A stretch of 64,000 nt of DNA, from positions 17,558 to 81,557 of the forward strand of contig JASMKO010000061.1 in assembly GCA_030749225.1 (NCBI GenBank), written 5' to 3'. This stretch comes from Verrucomicrobiota bacterium. Lineage in GTDB: Bacteria > Verrucomicrobiota > Verrucomicrobiia > Limisphaerales > UBA1096. Below the pieces are notes generated by a model that was not told where the DNA came from, made no database searches, and was given only the letters and a program-made list of their open reading frames with translations. Numbering within the stretch: position 1 is the first letter of the stretch; each line of letters starts with the position of its first letter. Below are positions 1-12,679 of the stretch, piece after piece. The translations under genes were made by a program, and so were the position numbers.

Positions 1-4
1 TAAA

Positions 5-3000
5 ATGCGAAAAACTTCTTTGAAGGTTTTGTTTTCGCTCTTGCTCACTTCAGTGGGTGCAATGGCGCAAGATGGACTTTTGGTCCATTTAAAGTTGAAT
101 GAGGCAGGTGGTGAGTCAGCCAAGGATTCGTCAGGAAACGGCCATGATGGCACGCTTGTTGGGGTTGCAGTTGCAAACAGCCAGTGGGTGGATGGGAAAT
201 CCGACAATGCAGTCTCCCTCGGCGTAGGGCACGTTGCCGTGTCTGATCTTCCGGAAATGACCTCGACCACTTGGGCTGCCTGGGTTCGTCTGGACAAGGA
301 CTCGTCATACGGAACTGCCATATCTGCCGCCTTCGATGGTGCGGGAGCGGGGCATACCTTGGGCTTTCATACAGGCGGTAATGTGAGAAAGCCGCGGGTT
401 TTGTGGAATCATGCGAATGGACATATATCAATCATGTCAGAGGAACCGGTTGAACTTGGGGAATGGAACCATCTGGCAGTCACGTATGATGCAGATTCCG
501 AAGAAATCGTTCTCTACGTGAATGGAGAGGCCAAGGCGGATGGCACGGTTGGCGCGACGGCTTTTAGTACAGTCAATTTGGGTAGAAGAGCCTCGTCGAA
601 AAATTGTCCGCTTAACGGGGCATTGGATGATGTTTCGATTTTCGACCGGGGCCTTTCGGGTGATGAAATTGAGCAATTATTCGATGGAGAAGCGGTTGCT
701 GAGGGCTTGGTTCTATCCTGGGGGTTCGGTGAGCAAGAAGGTTTTGCCTGTGCTGATTCTTCAGGAAATGGAAATGATGGTTCTTTGGTTGGTTATCCCG
801 CCGGTGAGGTGAGCAACTGGGTGGAGGGAAAAATCGGCGGCGCCTTGAGCCTGCCTCAAGCCTCTGAGCATTTGGAAATCATGGGGCTGCCAGACGTGAC
901 ATCGACGACATGGGCTGCATGGGTTCGACTTGATGCGGATTCAACTTACGGAGCTGCCGTTTCAGCTGCCTTTGATGGTGCGGGCGCAGGTCATAGCCTT
1001 GGTTTTCACACAGGCGGGACTGTGCGGCATCCTAGGGTTCTATGGAACCATGCCAACGGACATGTCTCCCTGGTCGCGCCGGATCCAGTAGAACTTGGAG
1101 AGTGGAATCATCTTGCGGTTACTTACAACGCGGATTCTGAAGACATAACTCTTTATGTAAATGGAGAGGCCAAGGGGAACGGCAAGGTTGGCACCACTCC
1201 GTTTTCAGTGCTTCACCTTGGCCAAAGAGCCTCATCAAAGAATTGCCCGTTAAACGGATCCTTGGATGATCTTAGGATTTACAGCAGGGCCCTTAGCGCT
1301 GATGAGATTTCCAGCCTTGTGGAATCCAATGCAGGTCCGGGATTGGTTGCCCATTGGAAATTTGATGAAAAATCAGGACTGCTTGCGTTTGATTCCGGTT
1401 TCAACAGTAATCTGGGTGCACTTGTGGGTTTTGAGAATGACGATTCTCAGTGGGTAGATGGCGTAATGGGAGGAGCCATAAGCTTTAATGGAAGTAACTA
1501 TGTTGAAGTGCCGCACGATCCATCCATTGGTGTAGACCTGATAAACGGATTTTCTGTGTCTGCCTGGTTTAATTCAAACGTGGAACTTGCGGCTGGTGGC
1601 AGCGGTAACCGCATGTTGGAAAAGGGCAACAGCTATTTCTTTCTACAAGGCGTGGGAAGCGGTGGGATGAACTTTTTAGTTAAAAAGGGCGGTGCAAACA
1701 AAACAGCCACTACTGGAGCGACCATTAGTGCTGGTGAGTGGAACCATATAGTTGGGGTGTTCGATGGTGAAAATGCGATCGTGTATCTTAATGGAGAGCA
1801 AAAAGGCATCATTGCTGTTCCCGCACCAGTTGATGACGCTGGATTACCGCTGCGCATCGGCTCTGATGATAGTGGTAATTTTTTCGATGGTTTAATGGAT
1901 GAGGTAATGATTTGGAGCAAACCTTTGAGTGAAGAGGAAGTTAGTGCTCTGTTTACCAATGAACTAAATCCCGATGCACAAACTGCCCCGGCGATCACAC
2001 AGGATCCCGGTTCAATGGACACCTATGAGGGAGGCTCAATCAGACTGACCGCAATTGCTTCGGGGACGCCACCAATGAAATATCTTTGGCTCAAGGGAGA
2101 AGAACCGCTTCGCTGGGCAACGGAGAAAACCTTGATGATTGAAGACACCACGAAAGAAGACTCCGGATCCTACAAGGTTCGGGTGTCGAACTCTGTTGGG
2201 GAGGTTTTCAGCGAGTCAGCAAATGTAACCGTGCTTCCGGTGGAAGGATTGGACACAGCCAGGCAGGCATTTTGGAAACTTAATGAGCAAGGGGGTGAAG
2301 TTGCGGTTGATAGCTCAAAAAACGACAACAATGCAGACTTGATAGATTTTGCCGATGAATCATCCCATTGGGTTGAAGGGAAGGTTGCTAAGGGGGTGGA
2401 ATTGGACGGGGAGATGGCATATTTGTCTGTGGTTGATGATGAAACACTGGCGCTTGGAGCAGAAGCGACGTTTTCTTTCTGGATTAAGCCGGGTTCTTAT
2501 GGTCCAGAGGAAAATGCCGGGACTTACACGAGATCTTCAAGTTGGATATTGAGGAAAGGTGATCATTTCTCCCTTAGATTGATCGACGACCCGGGAACTG
2601 TGAGGAAATCGCTGATTGTAAGATCGGACACTGGCGCTATAGCAAGCACGGTCAATAGGAAAGCAAACGAGGTAAACACCGTCCAGGGTTCTGTTGAAAT
2701 TGATAGTTGGCAGCATTTCACTGTCGTCTACAAGGCGGGGAAGATTATTTTCTACAAGGACGGATTTCGGATAGGGCAACCCGAGAAAGGCGTTTTAGGT
2801 GAGTCAAATTCTGATGACCTGTTCATAGGAAGTTATGATGATCAGGGTTTAGCGAGAAATGTTGATGGCATACTGGACGAAGTCGCCATCTGGTCCAGAC
2901 CCCTGTCGGAAGCGGAAATACTGGAGTTGGCAGGGCGCGACATTTCCGGGGCACCCGTGGTGATCTCCCAACCCAGGTCCCAGAAAAAACTGGAAGGCAC

Positions 3001-4579
3001 CACCGCCGTGTTTGAGGTCATGGTTACCGGAAAACGGCCGGTTGCTTATCAATGGTATTTCAAAGGTGAAGCCATCGAGGGGGCGACTTCAAGCTCGTTC
3101 GTGCTGGCAAAACTGAGCGCTGATCAGTCAGGTGACTATAATGTAAAAGTTACAAATGAGAAGGGGAGCGTCACCAGTGATGCTGCTATCCTCGAGATCG
3201 ATCGACTCGATGCCATTACAAGCGGGTTGGTTGCATATTACACCTTTGACGAGTCTGAGGGGGAGACCTTGCAGGATTCAAGCGGGAATAAGATAAACGG
3301 AACACTTGAAAACTTCGATGAAGGGTTTGGTGTGCCGGGGAGAGTTGGAGGTGCAATCGCTTTTGATGGTGATGACGACTTGATATCCGTTCCTCATAAT
3401 GACCTTTTAAACTTAGCCAATGAAGCAACGGTGTCATTATGGATGAATATTGAGGAGTTTGGGTCTTATGATCGGGTTTTTAGAAAGGCGGTCAACTTTG
3501 ATATGGTTCTGTTGGGAGGGGGTGTAGTTCGGACTCATGGTGTCAACAAAACACCTTATTCCTCACCCGGTAATACTTGGGAGGTGGGGACTTGGCAGCA
3601 CTACGCATTTGTCTACAAGGGGGGCAAGGTTCAATGGTTCAAGAACGGTGAAGCTGTTGGCCAAGCCATGTCAGCCCAACTGGGCGCAATTAACAGTGAT
3701 CCTCTGATCATAGGTAATTACGGGCCCAGTCTTGATATTGCTCGTCTGTATGATGGGTTGCTGGATGACATGGGAATCTGGCAACGAGGCCTGAGCGAAG
3801 TGGAAATTTCTGGCATCTATCAAAATGGCTTGGCGGGTAAGCCGCTGAATGAGGAGTTTGAACCTCTCAATATCAGGTCAATCTCCGTCAATGAGAACAA
3901 AGTGGATATTCATTTTTACAGTCCATTTAGCAGCAGGAATTATTTGGTTGAGACCAAGGCTGAGCTTGGTGATCAAGGATGGTCTGAACAAGCTGGAATG
4001 GAGTTAGGAAATCTTGGGAATGGTGACTTTAAAGCAACATTCTCCAGCGAGCAGAATGAGAATAATTTTTATCGTATTGTTGCGCTGGATCCTCCACCGC
4101 TCTTCTTCGACGATTTTGAAGATGGCGGTGAGGGTTGGACTCATGGAGGGGAAGGGGATAACTGGGAACTGGGTGTGCCTAACACCGGTCCGGGCAAAGC
4201 ATACAGCGGGAGCAATGTTTACGCGACCGGGTTGGGGGCTGATTTCGAACCATTCACAGAATCGTATTTACGCTCACCAGTAATAGATCTCAGTGACAAA
4301 AAGGTTCAAGCAACCTTGAGTTTTTCAGAATATAGAAAGGTGGATTCTGAAATTGCGTTCCACAAGGTTTCCGTGGTTGTTCTAGATGCCGAAACAGAGG
4401 AAACCCTTGACGAGCCATATGAAGCTTCGGGAGCGACTAATGGTTGGGAGATGCAGTCCATCCGTCTAAAACCTGACAGTCTGGCTCGAAAAATTATCGT
4501 TGAATTCAGGTTGTCCACAGATGACTTCAATCTTCAGGAAGGATGGTTCATTGATGATGTGAAGGTTGTTGCTGAATAG
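5..4579 (+). CDS. Large secreted multi-domain protein: five LamG/ConA-like jelly-roll domains, two Ig-like domains and a C-terminal beta-sandwich (MAM/immune inhibitor A-like) domain
   Basis: 1524-aa ORF with an N-terminal signal peptide (VGAMA-QD). Repeated LamG signatures (W.L.E..G..A.DSSGN..DG.L; W.H.A.TY......LYVNG; G.LDD..I..R.LS..EI) and Ig motifs (P.I..DP/QP...G..P..Y.W.K; DSG.Y.V.V.N..G). Confidence 0.85.
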   Translation: MRKTSLKVLFSLLLTSVGAMAQDGLLVHLKLNEAGGESAKDSSGNGHDGTLVGVAVANSQWVDGKSDNAVSLGVGHVAVSDLPEMTSTTWAAWVRLDKDSSYGTAISAAFDGAGAGHTLGFHTGGNVRKPRVLWNHANGHISIMSEEPVELGEWNHLAVTYDADSEEIVLYVNGEAKADGTVGATAFSTVNLGRRASSKNCPLNGALDDVSIFDRGLSGDEIEQLFDGEAVAEGLVLSWGFGEQEGFACADSSGNGNDGSLVGYPAGEVSNWVEGKIGGALSLPQASEHLEIMGLPDVTSTTWAAWVRLDADSTYGAAVSAAFDGAGAGHSLGFHTGGTVRHPRVLWNHANGHVSLVAPDPVELGEWNHLAVTYNADSEDITLYVNGEAKGNGKVGTTPFSVLHLGQRASSKNCPLNGSLDDLRIYSRALSADEISSLVESNAGPGLVAHWKFDEKSGLLAFDSGFNSNLGALVGFENDDSQWVDGVMGGAISFNGSNYVEVPHDPSIGVDLINGFSVSAWFNSNVELAAGGSGNRMLEKGNSYFFLQGVGSGGMNFLVKKGGANKTATTGATISAGEWNHIVGVFDGENAIVYLNGEQKGIIAVPAPVDDAGLPLRIGSDDSGNFFDGLMDEVMIWSKPLSEEEVSALFTNELNPDAQTAPAITQDPGSMDTYEGGSIRLTAIASGTPPMKYLWLKGEEPLRWATEKTLMIEDTTKEDSGSYKVRVSNSVGEVFSESANVTVLPVEGLDTARQAFWKLNEQGGEVAVDSSKNDNNADLIDFADESSHWVEGKVAKGVELDGEMAYLSVVDDETLALGAEATFSFWIKPGSYGPEENAGTYTRSSSWILRKGDHFSLRLIDDPGTVRKSLIVRSDTGAIASTVNRKANEVNTVQGSVEIDSWQHFTVVYKAGKIIFYKDGFRIGQPEKGVLGESNSDDLFIGSYDDQGLARNVDGILDEVAIWSRPLSEAEILELAGRDISGAPVVISQPRSQKKLEGTTAVFEVMVTGKRPVAYQWYFKGEAIEGATSSSFVLAKLSADQSGDYNVKVTNEKGSVTSDAAILEIDRLDAITSGLVAYYTFDESEGETLQDSSGNKINGTLENFDEGFGVPGRVGGAIAFDGDDDLISVPHNDLLNLANEATVSLWMNIEEFGSYDRVFRKAVNFDMVLLGGGVVRTHGVNKTPYSSPGNTWEVGTWQHYAFVYKGGKVQWFKNGEAVGQAMSAQLGAINSDPLIIGNYGPSLDIARLYDGLLDDMGIWQRGLSEVEISGIYQNGLAGKPLNEEFEPLNIRSISVNENKVDIHFYSPFSSRNYLVETKAELGDQGWSEQAGMELGNLGNGDFKATFSSEQNENNFYRIVALDPPPLFFDDFEDGGEGWTHGGEGDNWELGVPNTGPGKAYSGSNVYATGLGADFEPFTESYLRSPVIDLSDKKVQATLSFSEYRKVDSEIAFHKVSVVVLDAETEETLDEPYEASGATNGWEMQSIRLKPDSLARKIIVEFRLSTDDFNLQEGWFIDDVKVVAE
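260..1280 (+). repeat. Intragenic tandem duplication of LamG domains 1 and 2 (period about 639 bp)
   Basis: The peptide [47 protein letters not shown]...[11 protein letters not shown] starts at both 260 and 899. The protein copies are highly similar and the third codon positions have diverged. Confidence 0.85.
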
Positions 4580-4733
4580 GTGAAATATAGGACTTTTGAA
4601 AACCCGGACTTAGCCTAGCTCATTCTGGGGCTTAAGTGGCATATATTGAATTTAAGGTGACATATAGGGAGTAGTTTGTTTAGATTGCTGCAGTTGGGTT
4701 GATTCCTGATGCGAATATCAGAATGGTAAGATT

Positions 4734-7514
4734 TTGATTAAATTAGCCCTATTTTCTTTGCTGATAGTCGGGTATTCCAGTGCTCAGGCTGCTGGGGAAT
4801 TTGCTTTTTTTGAAAAGGAGATTAGGCCGCTGTTGCACAAGCATTGTTATAAGTGCCACTCCACTGAGGCTGAGAAAGTAAAGGGTGGTTTGCTGTTGGA
4901 TAGTCGGCATGGATGGGAGACTGGTGGTGACTCCGGGCCGGCGATTGTGCCTGGCGATGCGGAAGGTAGCCTGCTGCTGCGCGCTGTAAGTTACGAGGAT
5001 GGTGATCTGCAAATGCCGCCCAAGTACAAGCTCGCCGAGCACGAGCGCGCAGCGTTGGTCAAGTGGGTAGAGACCGGAGCTCCGGATTCGCGTGTTTCCC
5101 AAGTTGTAGAAAGGGGCAAGGGAACCGATCTGGCCAAGGGGCGCGAATTCTGGTCGTTTCGTCCGGTGGTTAATCACGCTTTGCCGAAGATGAACCCAAT
5201 ACTCGTCCAAGAGGACAACCTGGGCGCAATCGATCGGTTCATCCTCGCGCGCCTGGCCAAGGAGGGTGTCGAACCGGTCGGTTTGGCTAAGACGGAGACG
5301 CTGTTACGCCGGCTTTACTTCGACCTGATTGGATTGCCGCCGACCCCGGAGCAGATTGACGATTTTTTGGCCGATCCATCGCAGGAGGCGTACGCACGGT
5401 TGGTGGATCGCCTGCTAGGTTCACCGCAGTTTGGAGAAACATGGGGGCGGCACTGGTTGGATGTGGCGCGCTTCGCGGAGAGCAGCGGCGGTGGGCGGAG
5501 CTTGATGTTCAAGGATGCGTGGAGATTTCGTGACTATGTGATTGACGCGTTTAATGATGATAAACCGTTCGATGACTTTATTCGCGAGCAGATTGCCGGC
5601 GACCTCTTGCCGGCCTCGAGTCGTGAACAGCGCAATGAGCAATTCGTTGCCGCTGGATTCCTAGCGCTGGGGCCGCACAACTACGAGTTGCAGGACAAGG
5701 AACTGCTGCGGATGGAGGTGGTCGATGAGCAGATTGTCACCATCGGTAGGGCATTCCTTGGCATGACGCTCGGTTGTGTGCGTTGCCATGAACATAAATC
5801 TGACCCGATCCCGATGGATGACTACTACGCGCTGGCAGGCATCTTTCGCAGTACCCAGTCGCTCGTGCCGGGCAACGTCTCTGGCTGGGTGGCGCGTGAC
5901 TTGTTGCTGGAGCCGGTACTGAAAAAGGCGGTCGATAAGCATGCCGCGGAGACCAAGGAAGCCAACGTCGCGCTAAAGGCAGCAAAGAAAGAACTGCTGC
6001 AACTCGAGGCGATCCAGAGTGGGGCGGGCATCGTTGTTGATGATCTGCATGCGGAGAAAGTCGGCGAATGGATGAAGTCGACGAGCAACAAGACGTTTTT
6101 TGGCGACAACTACATTCACGACAAGGGCGAAGGCAAGGGGCAGAAGAAGGTCGTTTTCACTGCGGAGTTGCCGGAAACTGGCGAGTATGAGGTGCGTTTC
6201 GGCTACACAGCCGGGGCGAATCGCGCCCGAAAGGCGCCGGTGACGATCGGGCACGCCGGTGGTCCGACGACGATTCTTGTCAATCAACGCGAGAAACCGC
6301 CGATCAACAACAACTTCAAGGCCCTGGGCCGCTTTCAATTTTCCAGAGGCAAGGCGGTTGTCTCGATTTCGAACGATCACACCAGCGATGTGGTAATCGC
6401 TGATGCGGTGGTATTCATGCCGATCGCGGAACTGGAAAAGGATTCCGGACTAGAGAAGCGCTTGGCTAAGTTGCGGGGTGAGGTTGATCGCTTTGTTAGG
6501 CGCCTGGATATGCTCAAGAAAACCAAGCCAACGGACTTGCCAAAGGCGATGTCGGTGCAGGACGAGAAGCACACCGGCGACTGGCATGTGCATATTCGTG
6601 GTGAAATTCGCAACAAAGGTGCAGTTGTGCCCCGTGGTTTTCTTCAAGTTGCCAGTAAAACAAAAAAAGTTGCGCAGCCGACGATTGCCGCCGGCAGGAG
6701 TGGTCGACTCGAGTTGGCCGAGTGGGTGGCGAGTGGTGACAATCCGTTGACAAGTCGCGTGATGGTCAACCGGATCTGGCATCATCTGCTGGGTCATGGA
6801 CTGGTGCGTACGCCGGACAATTTTGGCAAAACCGGAGAGCTTCCCAGCCACGCAGGGTTGCTCGACTGGTTGGCTTGGCGGTTTGTCGATGGCGGCTGGT
6901 CGGTCAAGGGTATGATCCGCCAGATTGTGTTGTCGAATGCCTATCGACGGGCATCGACCGGTGAGAGTGCCGGCCAAACTGATGATCCCCAGAATCGTTT
7001 GCTCTGGCGTGCAAATCGGAAGCGCCTTTCAGCCGAGGCAATCCGTGACACGATTCTGTTGTTGAGCGGGCAATTAAGCATGCAGCAAGGTGGCCCCACG
7101 ATCCGGAAGTTTTCGCAGTACGACCTGGGATATGAGTTCGATACCGTGCGTCGAAGCGTGTATGTGCCGTTTTTTCGCAACTCAATGCTCGAGGTGATGG
7201 AAGTGTTTAATGCTGCCAACCCGAATGTGACGACCGGTCGTCGAACCGAAACCACGCTGCCCACACAGGCATTGTACATGCTGAACAGCCCGTTTGTGAA
7301 CGCCGAGACCAGACGTGCAGGAGAACGCCTGGCAAGAATTGACGCAACGGACACTGTGCGTTTGCGCATCGCCTACCGGCTTGTGCTAGGCCGCCCGCCG
7401 AGGGCGGACGAGGCCGGTTTGGCACTGGAGTTCCTCGGCCAAGCAGGCACCAGAGGTTGGACGGTGTTGTTGCATTCTTTGCTTGCAAGTGTGGATTTCC
7501 GAACCTTGGATTGA
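4734..7514 (+). CDS. Planctomycete cytochrome c / DUF1549 / DUF1553 (PSCyt1-PSCyt2-PSD1) protein with an inserted golvesin/xanthan-lyase-C-like CBM domain
   Basis: Signal peptide; CYKCH and CVRCH heme motifs; RHWLDVARFAES and NPLTSRVMVNRIWHHL signatures; insert IVVDD...VGEW...YIHD...GEYEVR...ADAV. Confidence 0.9.
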   Translation: MIKLALFSLLIVGYSSAQAAGEFAFFEKEIRPLLHKHCYKCHSTEAEKVKGGLLLDSRHGWETGGDSGPAIVPGDAEGSLLLRAVSYEDGDLQMPPKYKLAEHERAALVKWVETGAPDSRVSQVVERGKGTDLAKGREFWSFRPVVNHALPKMNPILVQEDNLGAIDRFILARLAKEGVEPVGLAKTETLLRRLYFDLIGLPPTPEQIDDFLADPSQEAYARLVDRLLGSPQFGETWGRHWLDVARFAESSGGGRSLMFKDAWRFRDYVIDAFNDDKPFDDFIREQIAGDLLPASSREQRNEQFVAAGFLALGPHNYELQDKELLRMEVVDEQIVTIGRAFLGMTLGCVRCHEHKSDPIPMDDYYALAGIFRSTQSLVPGNVSGWVARDLLLEPVLKKAVDKHAAETKEANVALKAAKKELLQLEAIQSGAGIVVDDLHAEKVGEWMKSTSNKTFFGDNYIHDKGEGKGQKKVVFTAELPETGEYEVRFGYTAGANRARKAPVTIGHAGGPTTILVNQREKPPINNNFKALGRFQFSRGKAVVSISNDHTSDVVIADAVVFMPIAELEKDSGLEKRLAKLRGEVDRFVRRLDMLKKTKPTDLPKAMSVQDEKHTGDWHVHIRGEIRNKGAVVPRGFLQVASKTKKVAQPTIAAGRSGRLELAEWVASGDNPLTSRVMVNRIWHHLLGHGLVRTPDNFGKTGELPSHAGLLDWLAWRFVDGGWSVKGMIRQIVLSNAYRRASTGESAGQTDDPQNRLLWRANRKRLSAEAIRDTILLLSGQLSMQQGGPTIRKFSQYDLGYEFDTVRRSVYVPFFRNSMLEVMEVFNAANPNVTTGRRTETTLPTQALYMLNSPFVNAETRRAGERLARIDATDTVRLRIAYRLVLGRPPRADEAGLALEFLGQAGTRGWTVLLHSLLASVDFRTLD

Positions 7515-7526
7515 CGGGCGAGGTAG

Positions 7527-8957
7527 ATGGAGTACCCTACTCACATGCAGTCGATCAGTCGCAGGGAGATGCTGAAGACCACAGCGTGTGGTTTTGGCTC
7601 ACTGGCGTTGGCGGGGCTGTGTAGCCAAGGCGGCGCGGCCACCGGTTCGACAACCCTGTTGCAGCGGTCGCCGATGTTTGCGCCGCGGGCCAAGCGGGTG
7701 ATTTTCATTTTCATGGCCGGCGGGCCTAGCCATGTCGACACCTACGACTTCAAGCCGGAGCTAATCAAAAACCACGGCAGTGATTATGACTTCACAGGGG
7801 TGCGGTTCGGCACGTTCGGCAAGAAGAGCAAACGGAAGCTTATGAAGCCGCTGTGGGGCTTCAAGCAGTACGGTCAATGCAGCCAGCATGTATCGGATTT
7901 GTTCCCTTACACCGCGCAGATGGTGGATGATTTATGCTTTATTAAGTCGATGCAGACCGAGGGCGTGGCGCACGGGCCATCGACACTGTTCATGCACACT
8001 GGCGCGACGAATCTGGTGCGTCCGTCGATGGGCAGCTGGGTGACCTACGGTCTTGGCACCGAAAATCAAAACCTCCCTGGATTTGTGGTGCTGCAGCCGT
8101 CCGCGTCCAAGGGTGGGCCGCGCAACTACTCAAGTGCTTTCCTTCCGGCGATCCATCAGGGGACTGCGATTGGTAAGGCTGGACAACCGGCGAGTGAAGC
8201 AACGCTGCGCAACGCAGTGAACCCGTCATTGTCGCATGCCGAGCAATTGCGCAACTTACAGTTCCTGCAAGAACTAAATCGCGCACAATTGGCCAGGCGC
8301 CCGCAGGATGACCAGCTCGATGCCATCGTTGAGTCATACGAGTTGGCATGGCGCATGCAGATGAACGCCCCGGAGATTTTCGATATCTCGGGCGAGCCGG
8401 AGTCGGTGCGCGAGCGTTACGGCATCGGCTCGAAGGCAACGGATGACTTTGGTAAGCAATGCCTGATGGGGCGCCGGCTCGCCGAGGCCGGCGTGCGGTT
8501 CATTCAGTTGAATTATGCGGACGAGAGCACCAACCCGCGCTGGGATCAGCACAGCAACATGCCGCTGCACATGGACCACGCCCGGGCCACCGACAAGCCG
8601 GTCGCCGGGTTGCTGGCTGACCTGAAGGAACGCGGCCTGCTCGAGGAGACGCTCGTTTGGTGGGGTGGCGAGTTTGGGCGCACGCCGTTCTCGCAGAGTG
8701 GCGACGGGCGCGACCACAATCCGCGCGGTTTCACGACATGGCTTGCCGGTGCGGGCGTGAGGCCCGGTTTTTCGTATGGGTCAACCGACGAAATCGGCGA
8801 TACTGCAGTCCTAAACCCTGTTCACATGCGTGACCTGCACGCCACGATCCTGCACATCCTAGGCATGGATCACGAGAGGTTGACCTACCGCCATGCCGGC
8901 CTTGACGTACGATTAACTGGCGTCGCAGGCGAAGTCGTTCACGGGATTCTCTCCTAG
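7527..8957 (+). CDS. DUF1501 family protein with a Tat-like signal
   Basis: SRREML twin-arginine motif; AKRVIFIFMAGGPSHVDTYD, WDQHS and GEFGRTP...GRDHNP signatures; lies directly downstream of a DUF1553 gene. Alternative start at 7545. Confidence 0.9.
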   Translation: MEYPTHMQSISRREMLKTTACGFGSLALAGLCSQGGAATGSTTLLQRSPMFAPRAKRVIFIFMAGGPSHVDTYDFKPELIKNHGSDYDFTGVRFGTFGKKSKRKLMKPLWGFKQYGQCSQHVSDLFPYTAQMVDDLCFIKSMQTEGVAHGPSTLFMHTGATNLVRPSMGSWVTYGLGTENQNLPGFVVLQPSASKGGPRNYSSAFLPAIHQGTAIGKAGQPASEATLRNAVNPSLSHAEQLRNLQFLQELNRAQLARRPQDDQLDAIVESYELAWRMQMNAPEIFDISGEPESVRERYGIGSKATDDFGKQCLMGRRLAEAGVRFIQLNYADESTNPRWDQHSNMPLHMDHARATDKPVAGLLADLKERGLLEETLVWWGGEFGRTPFSQSGDGRDHNPRGFTTWLAGAGVRPGFSYGSTDEIGDTAVLNPVHMRDLHATILHILGMDHERLTYRHAGLDVRLTGVAGEVVHGILS

Positions 8958-11900
8958 CCCCAACCGCCGCCGCCGGGGGTCTTGATGACCAAACGGTCAC
9001 CTGCTAGCACGGCTTCCTGGGTGACGGGGCCAAGTTCCATTTTTTTTCCACCATGTTTGACCAAGTGCTGTTGGCCGGCATGCCCGGATTGACCACCGTT
9101 TAATCCGTACGGTCCCTGAGTGCGGTTTTGTGTAAGGAGTGAGAGTGTAACAGGCTCGGTGAAAAGCATTTCCCGGATGATGCCATCTCCGCCTGTGAAC
9201 AAGCCGTTGCCGCCGGAATTCTTGCGGATGGCGAATTGTTCAAGTCGGACTGGAAACCGCCATTCCAAAATCTCCGGATCTGTAATGGCGGTGTTGGTCA
9301 TGTGTGAGTGTACTGCATCGGCGCCGTCAAAACCTGGCCCAGCGCCGGCGCCGCCGCAGATGGTTTCGTAATAGCTGCATCGCTCGTTGCCGAAGATCAG
9401 GTTGTTCATCGTCCCCTGGCTGGCAGCGACGATCCCGAGAGGTTTGAGAAGCAGATTCACGAGGCGCTGACTCGTCTCGACATTGCCGCCGACAACGGGT
9501 GGCGCCTGATCGGGGTTATCGGGAAATTCGGGGTTAAGGAGGCAGCGGGGTAGGAAAATCTCGACGTGATCCATCAGCCCCTCATTCAGTGGCACCGGTT
9601 CATTGACGAGCAGGCGGACGACATAAATCACTGCGCTTTGGACAATCGCAGGTGTGGCGTTGAAGTTGCCGGGATGCAGCGGGTCGGTGCCAGTGAAATC
9701 GATGCGGATTTTTCCGTTACCAACCTCGATTGCGGCGGTCAGTCGAGTGCCGTCGTCGAGCGTCTCGATGGCGGAATGCCGTCCTGGATCAAGGGTGTCG
9801 ATCCGCCGGGCGATGGCGTTGGTCGCGCGCTGCCGGATTTGATGCATGTGGTTGGCGATCTTCGCGGGGCCGTGAATCGCTGCCAAGTGCTGGAGTGCTT
9901 GGCAGCCAAGCAGGTTGGCAGCGGCTTGTGCGTTGAGGTCTGCTAGGTTGTCCTTCGGAGATCGCGAAGGATTCGATCCGTCGCTCAGTCTTTTTTCGAA
10001 CTCGCAAAACCGGGCTTTGCCGCGGCGATAAAGAAAAGTCGGTGGAATGACAACGCCTTCATCGGCCAGCGATCTAGCCTGGGGCGGCATTGAGCCGGGG
10101 CTGATCCCGCCAAGTTCTGCGTGGTGCGCCCGGTTGGCCACATAGCCGAGGAGTTGTTTAGCCTCATCAAACACTGGGCTGATCACGGTGATGTCCGGCA
10201 GGTGCGAGCCGCCGTGACCCGGGTGGTTGGTGATGATCATGTCTCCTGGGGCAAGTGCTTGCAAAGGCGCGACGGAGCGGACGCAGAGGCCAAGCGCGCC
10301 GAGGTGCACCGGGATGTGCGGCGCGTTGACGACGAGTTGACCGTTGCGATCGAGCAACGCGCAGGAGTAGTCGAGTCGTTCCTTGACATTGGTCGAGACG
10401 GCGGTGCGCTGCAGTAGTTGGCCCATCTCCTCTACGATTGAGCCGAACCGATTCGTGAACAGTTCCAGTTCAACCAGTGGCGAGTGCACTGCGTTGCCGT
10501 CCTCTTTGACCACGGCGGAGCGAGCCAGTTTCAGCGTCCCCTCGGAGCCAAGCGTTCCGACCCAGTTTACATCCACGGCGACGGTGCAAAAACGATCTTG
10601 CACGATCGCGGGGCCGTTGAGGCGCTGACCGATGTTCAGTGATTCACGGTTAAGGATAGGCTCGTTGATTGGTTCACCCGTTGGGTCATTAAATGTTTCC
10701 GTCAGAATCGATGGCGGATGTGTCGAAGCGATGACCCGTGCAGAGACGACCTCAATCGATTTGTTGTCCGGCCAGTAGCCGAAAAGGTTTTCGTACCGCT
10801 CACGGAATGCCGCGGCCAAGTCGGTTGTCGTATCGAAGGCGATTTCCTCGGCTGATTCCTGCCCCTCATGACGGAGCGAAACGAGTCGGCGGCGGATGAT
10901 GACTTGTTCGTCTTTGAATCCTTCAGCCTTGATTGCGCCTAGCGCGGCGGTTTGGAGTTCGGCGAATACGTCACCGAGCGCTTGATCAAGAGTGTCGAGC
11001 GTCTGCAGAATCTGCCGTTCGGCGAACCGCTCCATGACAGCTTCCCGCAGGCCCCGTGCGCTGAGCAACCCAGCGTCATCAGGGCAAAGAACAGTGCCGA
11101 CACCGAGTTTTTCCGCGATAGCACAGGCGTGTTGGCCGCCGGCACCGCCAAAGGCGACCAGCGCGTAGTCGCAGGGATCGTACCCTTCGCGAATGGAGAT
11201 TGTGCGGATCGCATCAGCCATCCGCTCATTGGCGATGTCCAGAAAACCAGAGAGCAACTCGGAAGCGGGCGGTGGATCGGGAATTGAGCGGCGAACCTGC
11301 TCAAGAGCGGCTAGAGCAGCGGCGGGATTGACCGGGATGCTAAACTGCTTTGGATCGAGCCGGCCGAGGAGTAGGTTGACGTCGGTGATTGTCAGCGGAC
11401 CGTCCGAATCGTAGCAGGCAGGGCCGGGGTTCGCGCCCGCACTTTCCGGGCCTACGAACAGTTCGTCTCCGTTGTAACCGCATATCGAGCCGCCACCGGC
11501 AGCGACCGTCTCGATGGCGAGCACCGGGGCGAGCACCCGAGCACGCCCGACTCGGTGCTCAAATCGATAAACGAAGTCGCCGTCGAAGCGGCAGACATCG
11601 GTGCTCGTGCCGCCCATGTCGAACCCGATGATCCGCTCGAAACCGGCCTGTCGACCGGCCATTGCGGCTCCAACGACTCCGCCGGCCGGGCCGCTGAGCA
11701 GACTGTCCTTGGCACGATAGTCGGTGTGCGGGACAAGTCCGCCCGCGCTGGTCATCACGCGGAGTTTGCCGTTGCTCAGTTCACGCTCCACGCCGTCGAG
11801 ATAGCGCGACATGATGGGTGCAAGGTAAGCATCGACAACCGCGGTCTCGGCCCGCGGCAACACCTTTATAAACGGGGCCAACTCGCTCGACACGGAGACG

Positions 11901-12679
11901 TGTCGCCAGCCGGCGTCGCGGAGGTGGCTGGCCAAGTGTTGCTCGTGTTCTGGATTTCGATGACTGTGCAGGCAGACGACAGCGGCAGATTGGTTTTCAT
12001 TTTCCGGCGGCGCGACTTGCGGGAGGGTGAGCGGCTTCACCGTTTGGCCAAGCGCATCGAGGCGTTCCTGAACACCAACGACTTTGGCGGTTAGTGGTGT
12101 CGGTTTTTGGATGTTAAGCGCAAAAAGGTCAGGTCGTTTTTGGTCGCCGATGACCAGCAAATCCTCGAAACCTCTCGTAATAAACAGGGTGACCTCGGCG
12201 CCTTTTTCCTCGAGCAACGCGTTGGTGCCGCGGGTGGTGGCCAACTGCATGGCCATCGGCGGGAGCGGCTGGTTCGCGGGTGTGCCGGTGGCAATGCGGG
12301 CTGCGAGAATGGGGGCCTCGTCGGCGAAGGCGATCTCGATCGGCTGATCAAGCGCTGTGCCGCTCGGCAGCGGCTTGGCCAATCGGAGTTGATTAGGGGA
12401 GTCGTGCCCGGTGATTTCAATCGGTTCATCGGCTTGGCCTAGGAGGCGGAATTGCTGGCCAAGCGCGAAGCCGGCGAAGAGCGGTTGGGACAACTCGATC
12501 GCAATCTCGTTTGGTGAGTCGATGGCGGTGAGGGTGCCGCGGAGGCAACTGCTGGAGAGCACCTTGAATCGGAGGGTGTGCCCGTGTGGGTCGGTGGCGA
12601 GGCAGTCGGTGAAGGTGCCGCCGGTGTCCACCCAGACGTGCCAGCATTCCGACGTGGCATCGGTTGCGGCGGGGTTCAC
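8954..12679 (-). CDS. ATP-dependent 5-oxoprolinase / hydantoinase A+B fusion
   Basis: [73 protein letters not shown] and C-terminal TPGGGGWG motifs. Confidence 0.92.
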   Translation of the reverse strand: MNPAATDATSECWHVWVDTGGTFTDCLATDPHGHTLRFKVLSSSCLRGTLTAIDSPNEIAIELSQPLFAGFALGQQFRLLGQADEPIEITGHDSPNQLRLAKPLPSGTALDQPIEIAFADEAPILAARIATGTPANQPLPPMAMQLATTRGTNALLEEKGAEVTLFITRGFEDLLVIGDQKRPDLFALNIQKPTPLTAKVVGVQERLDALGQTVKPLTLPQVAPPENENQSAAVVCLHSHRNPEHEQHLASHLRDAGWRHVSVSSELAPFIKVLPRAETAVVDAYLAPIMSRYLDGVERELSNGKLRVMTSAGGLVPHTDYRAKDSLLSGPAGGVVGAAMAGRQAGFERIIGFDMGGTSTDVCRFDGDFVYRFEHRVGRARVLAPVLAIETVAAGGGSICGYNGDELFVGPESAGANPGPACYDSDGPLTITDVNLLLGRLDPKQFSIPVNPAAALAALEQVRRSIPDPPPASELLSGFLDIANERMADAIRTISIREGYDPCDYALVAFGGAGGQHACAIAEKLGVGTVLCPDDAGLLSARGLREAVMERFAERQILQTLDTLDQALGDVFAELQTAALGAIKAEGFKDEQVIIRRRLVSLRHEGQESAEEIAFDTTTDLAAAFRERYENLFGYWPDNKSIEVVSARVIASTHPPSILTETFNDPTGEPINEPILNRESLNIGQRLNGPAIVQDRFCTVAVDVNWVGTLGSEGTLKLARSAVVKEDGNAVHSPLVELELFTNRFGSIVEEMGQLLQRTAVSTNVKERLDYSCALLDRNGQLVVNAPHIPVHLGALGLCVRSVAPLQALAPGDMIITNHPGHGGSHLPDITVISPVFDEAKQLLGYVANRAHHAELGGISPGSMPPQARSLADEGVVIPPTFLYRRGKARFCEFEKRLSDGSNPSRSPKDNLADLNAQAAANLLGCQALQHLAAIHGPAKIANHMHQIRQRATNAIARRIDTLDPGRHSAIETLDDGTRLTAAIEVGNGKIRIDFTGTDPLHPGNFNATPAIVQSAVIYVVRLLVNEPVPLNEGLMDHVEIFLPRCLLNPEFPDNPDQAPPVVGGNVETSQRLVNLLLKPLGIVAASQGTMNNLIFGNERCSYYETICGGAGAGPGFDGADAVHSHMTNTAITDPEILEWRFPVRLEQFAIRKNSGGNGLFTGGDGIIREMLFTEPVTLSLLTQNRTQGPYGLNGGQSGHAGQQHLVKHGGKKMELGPVTQEAVLAGDRLVIKTPGGGGWG

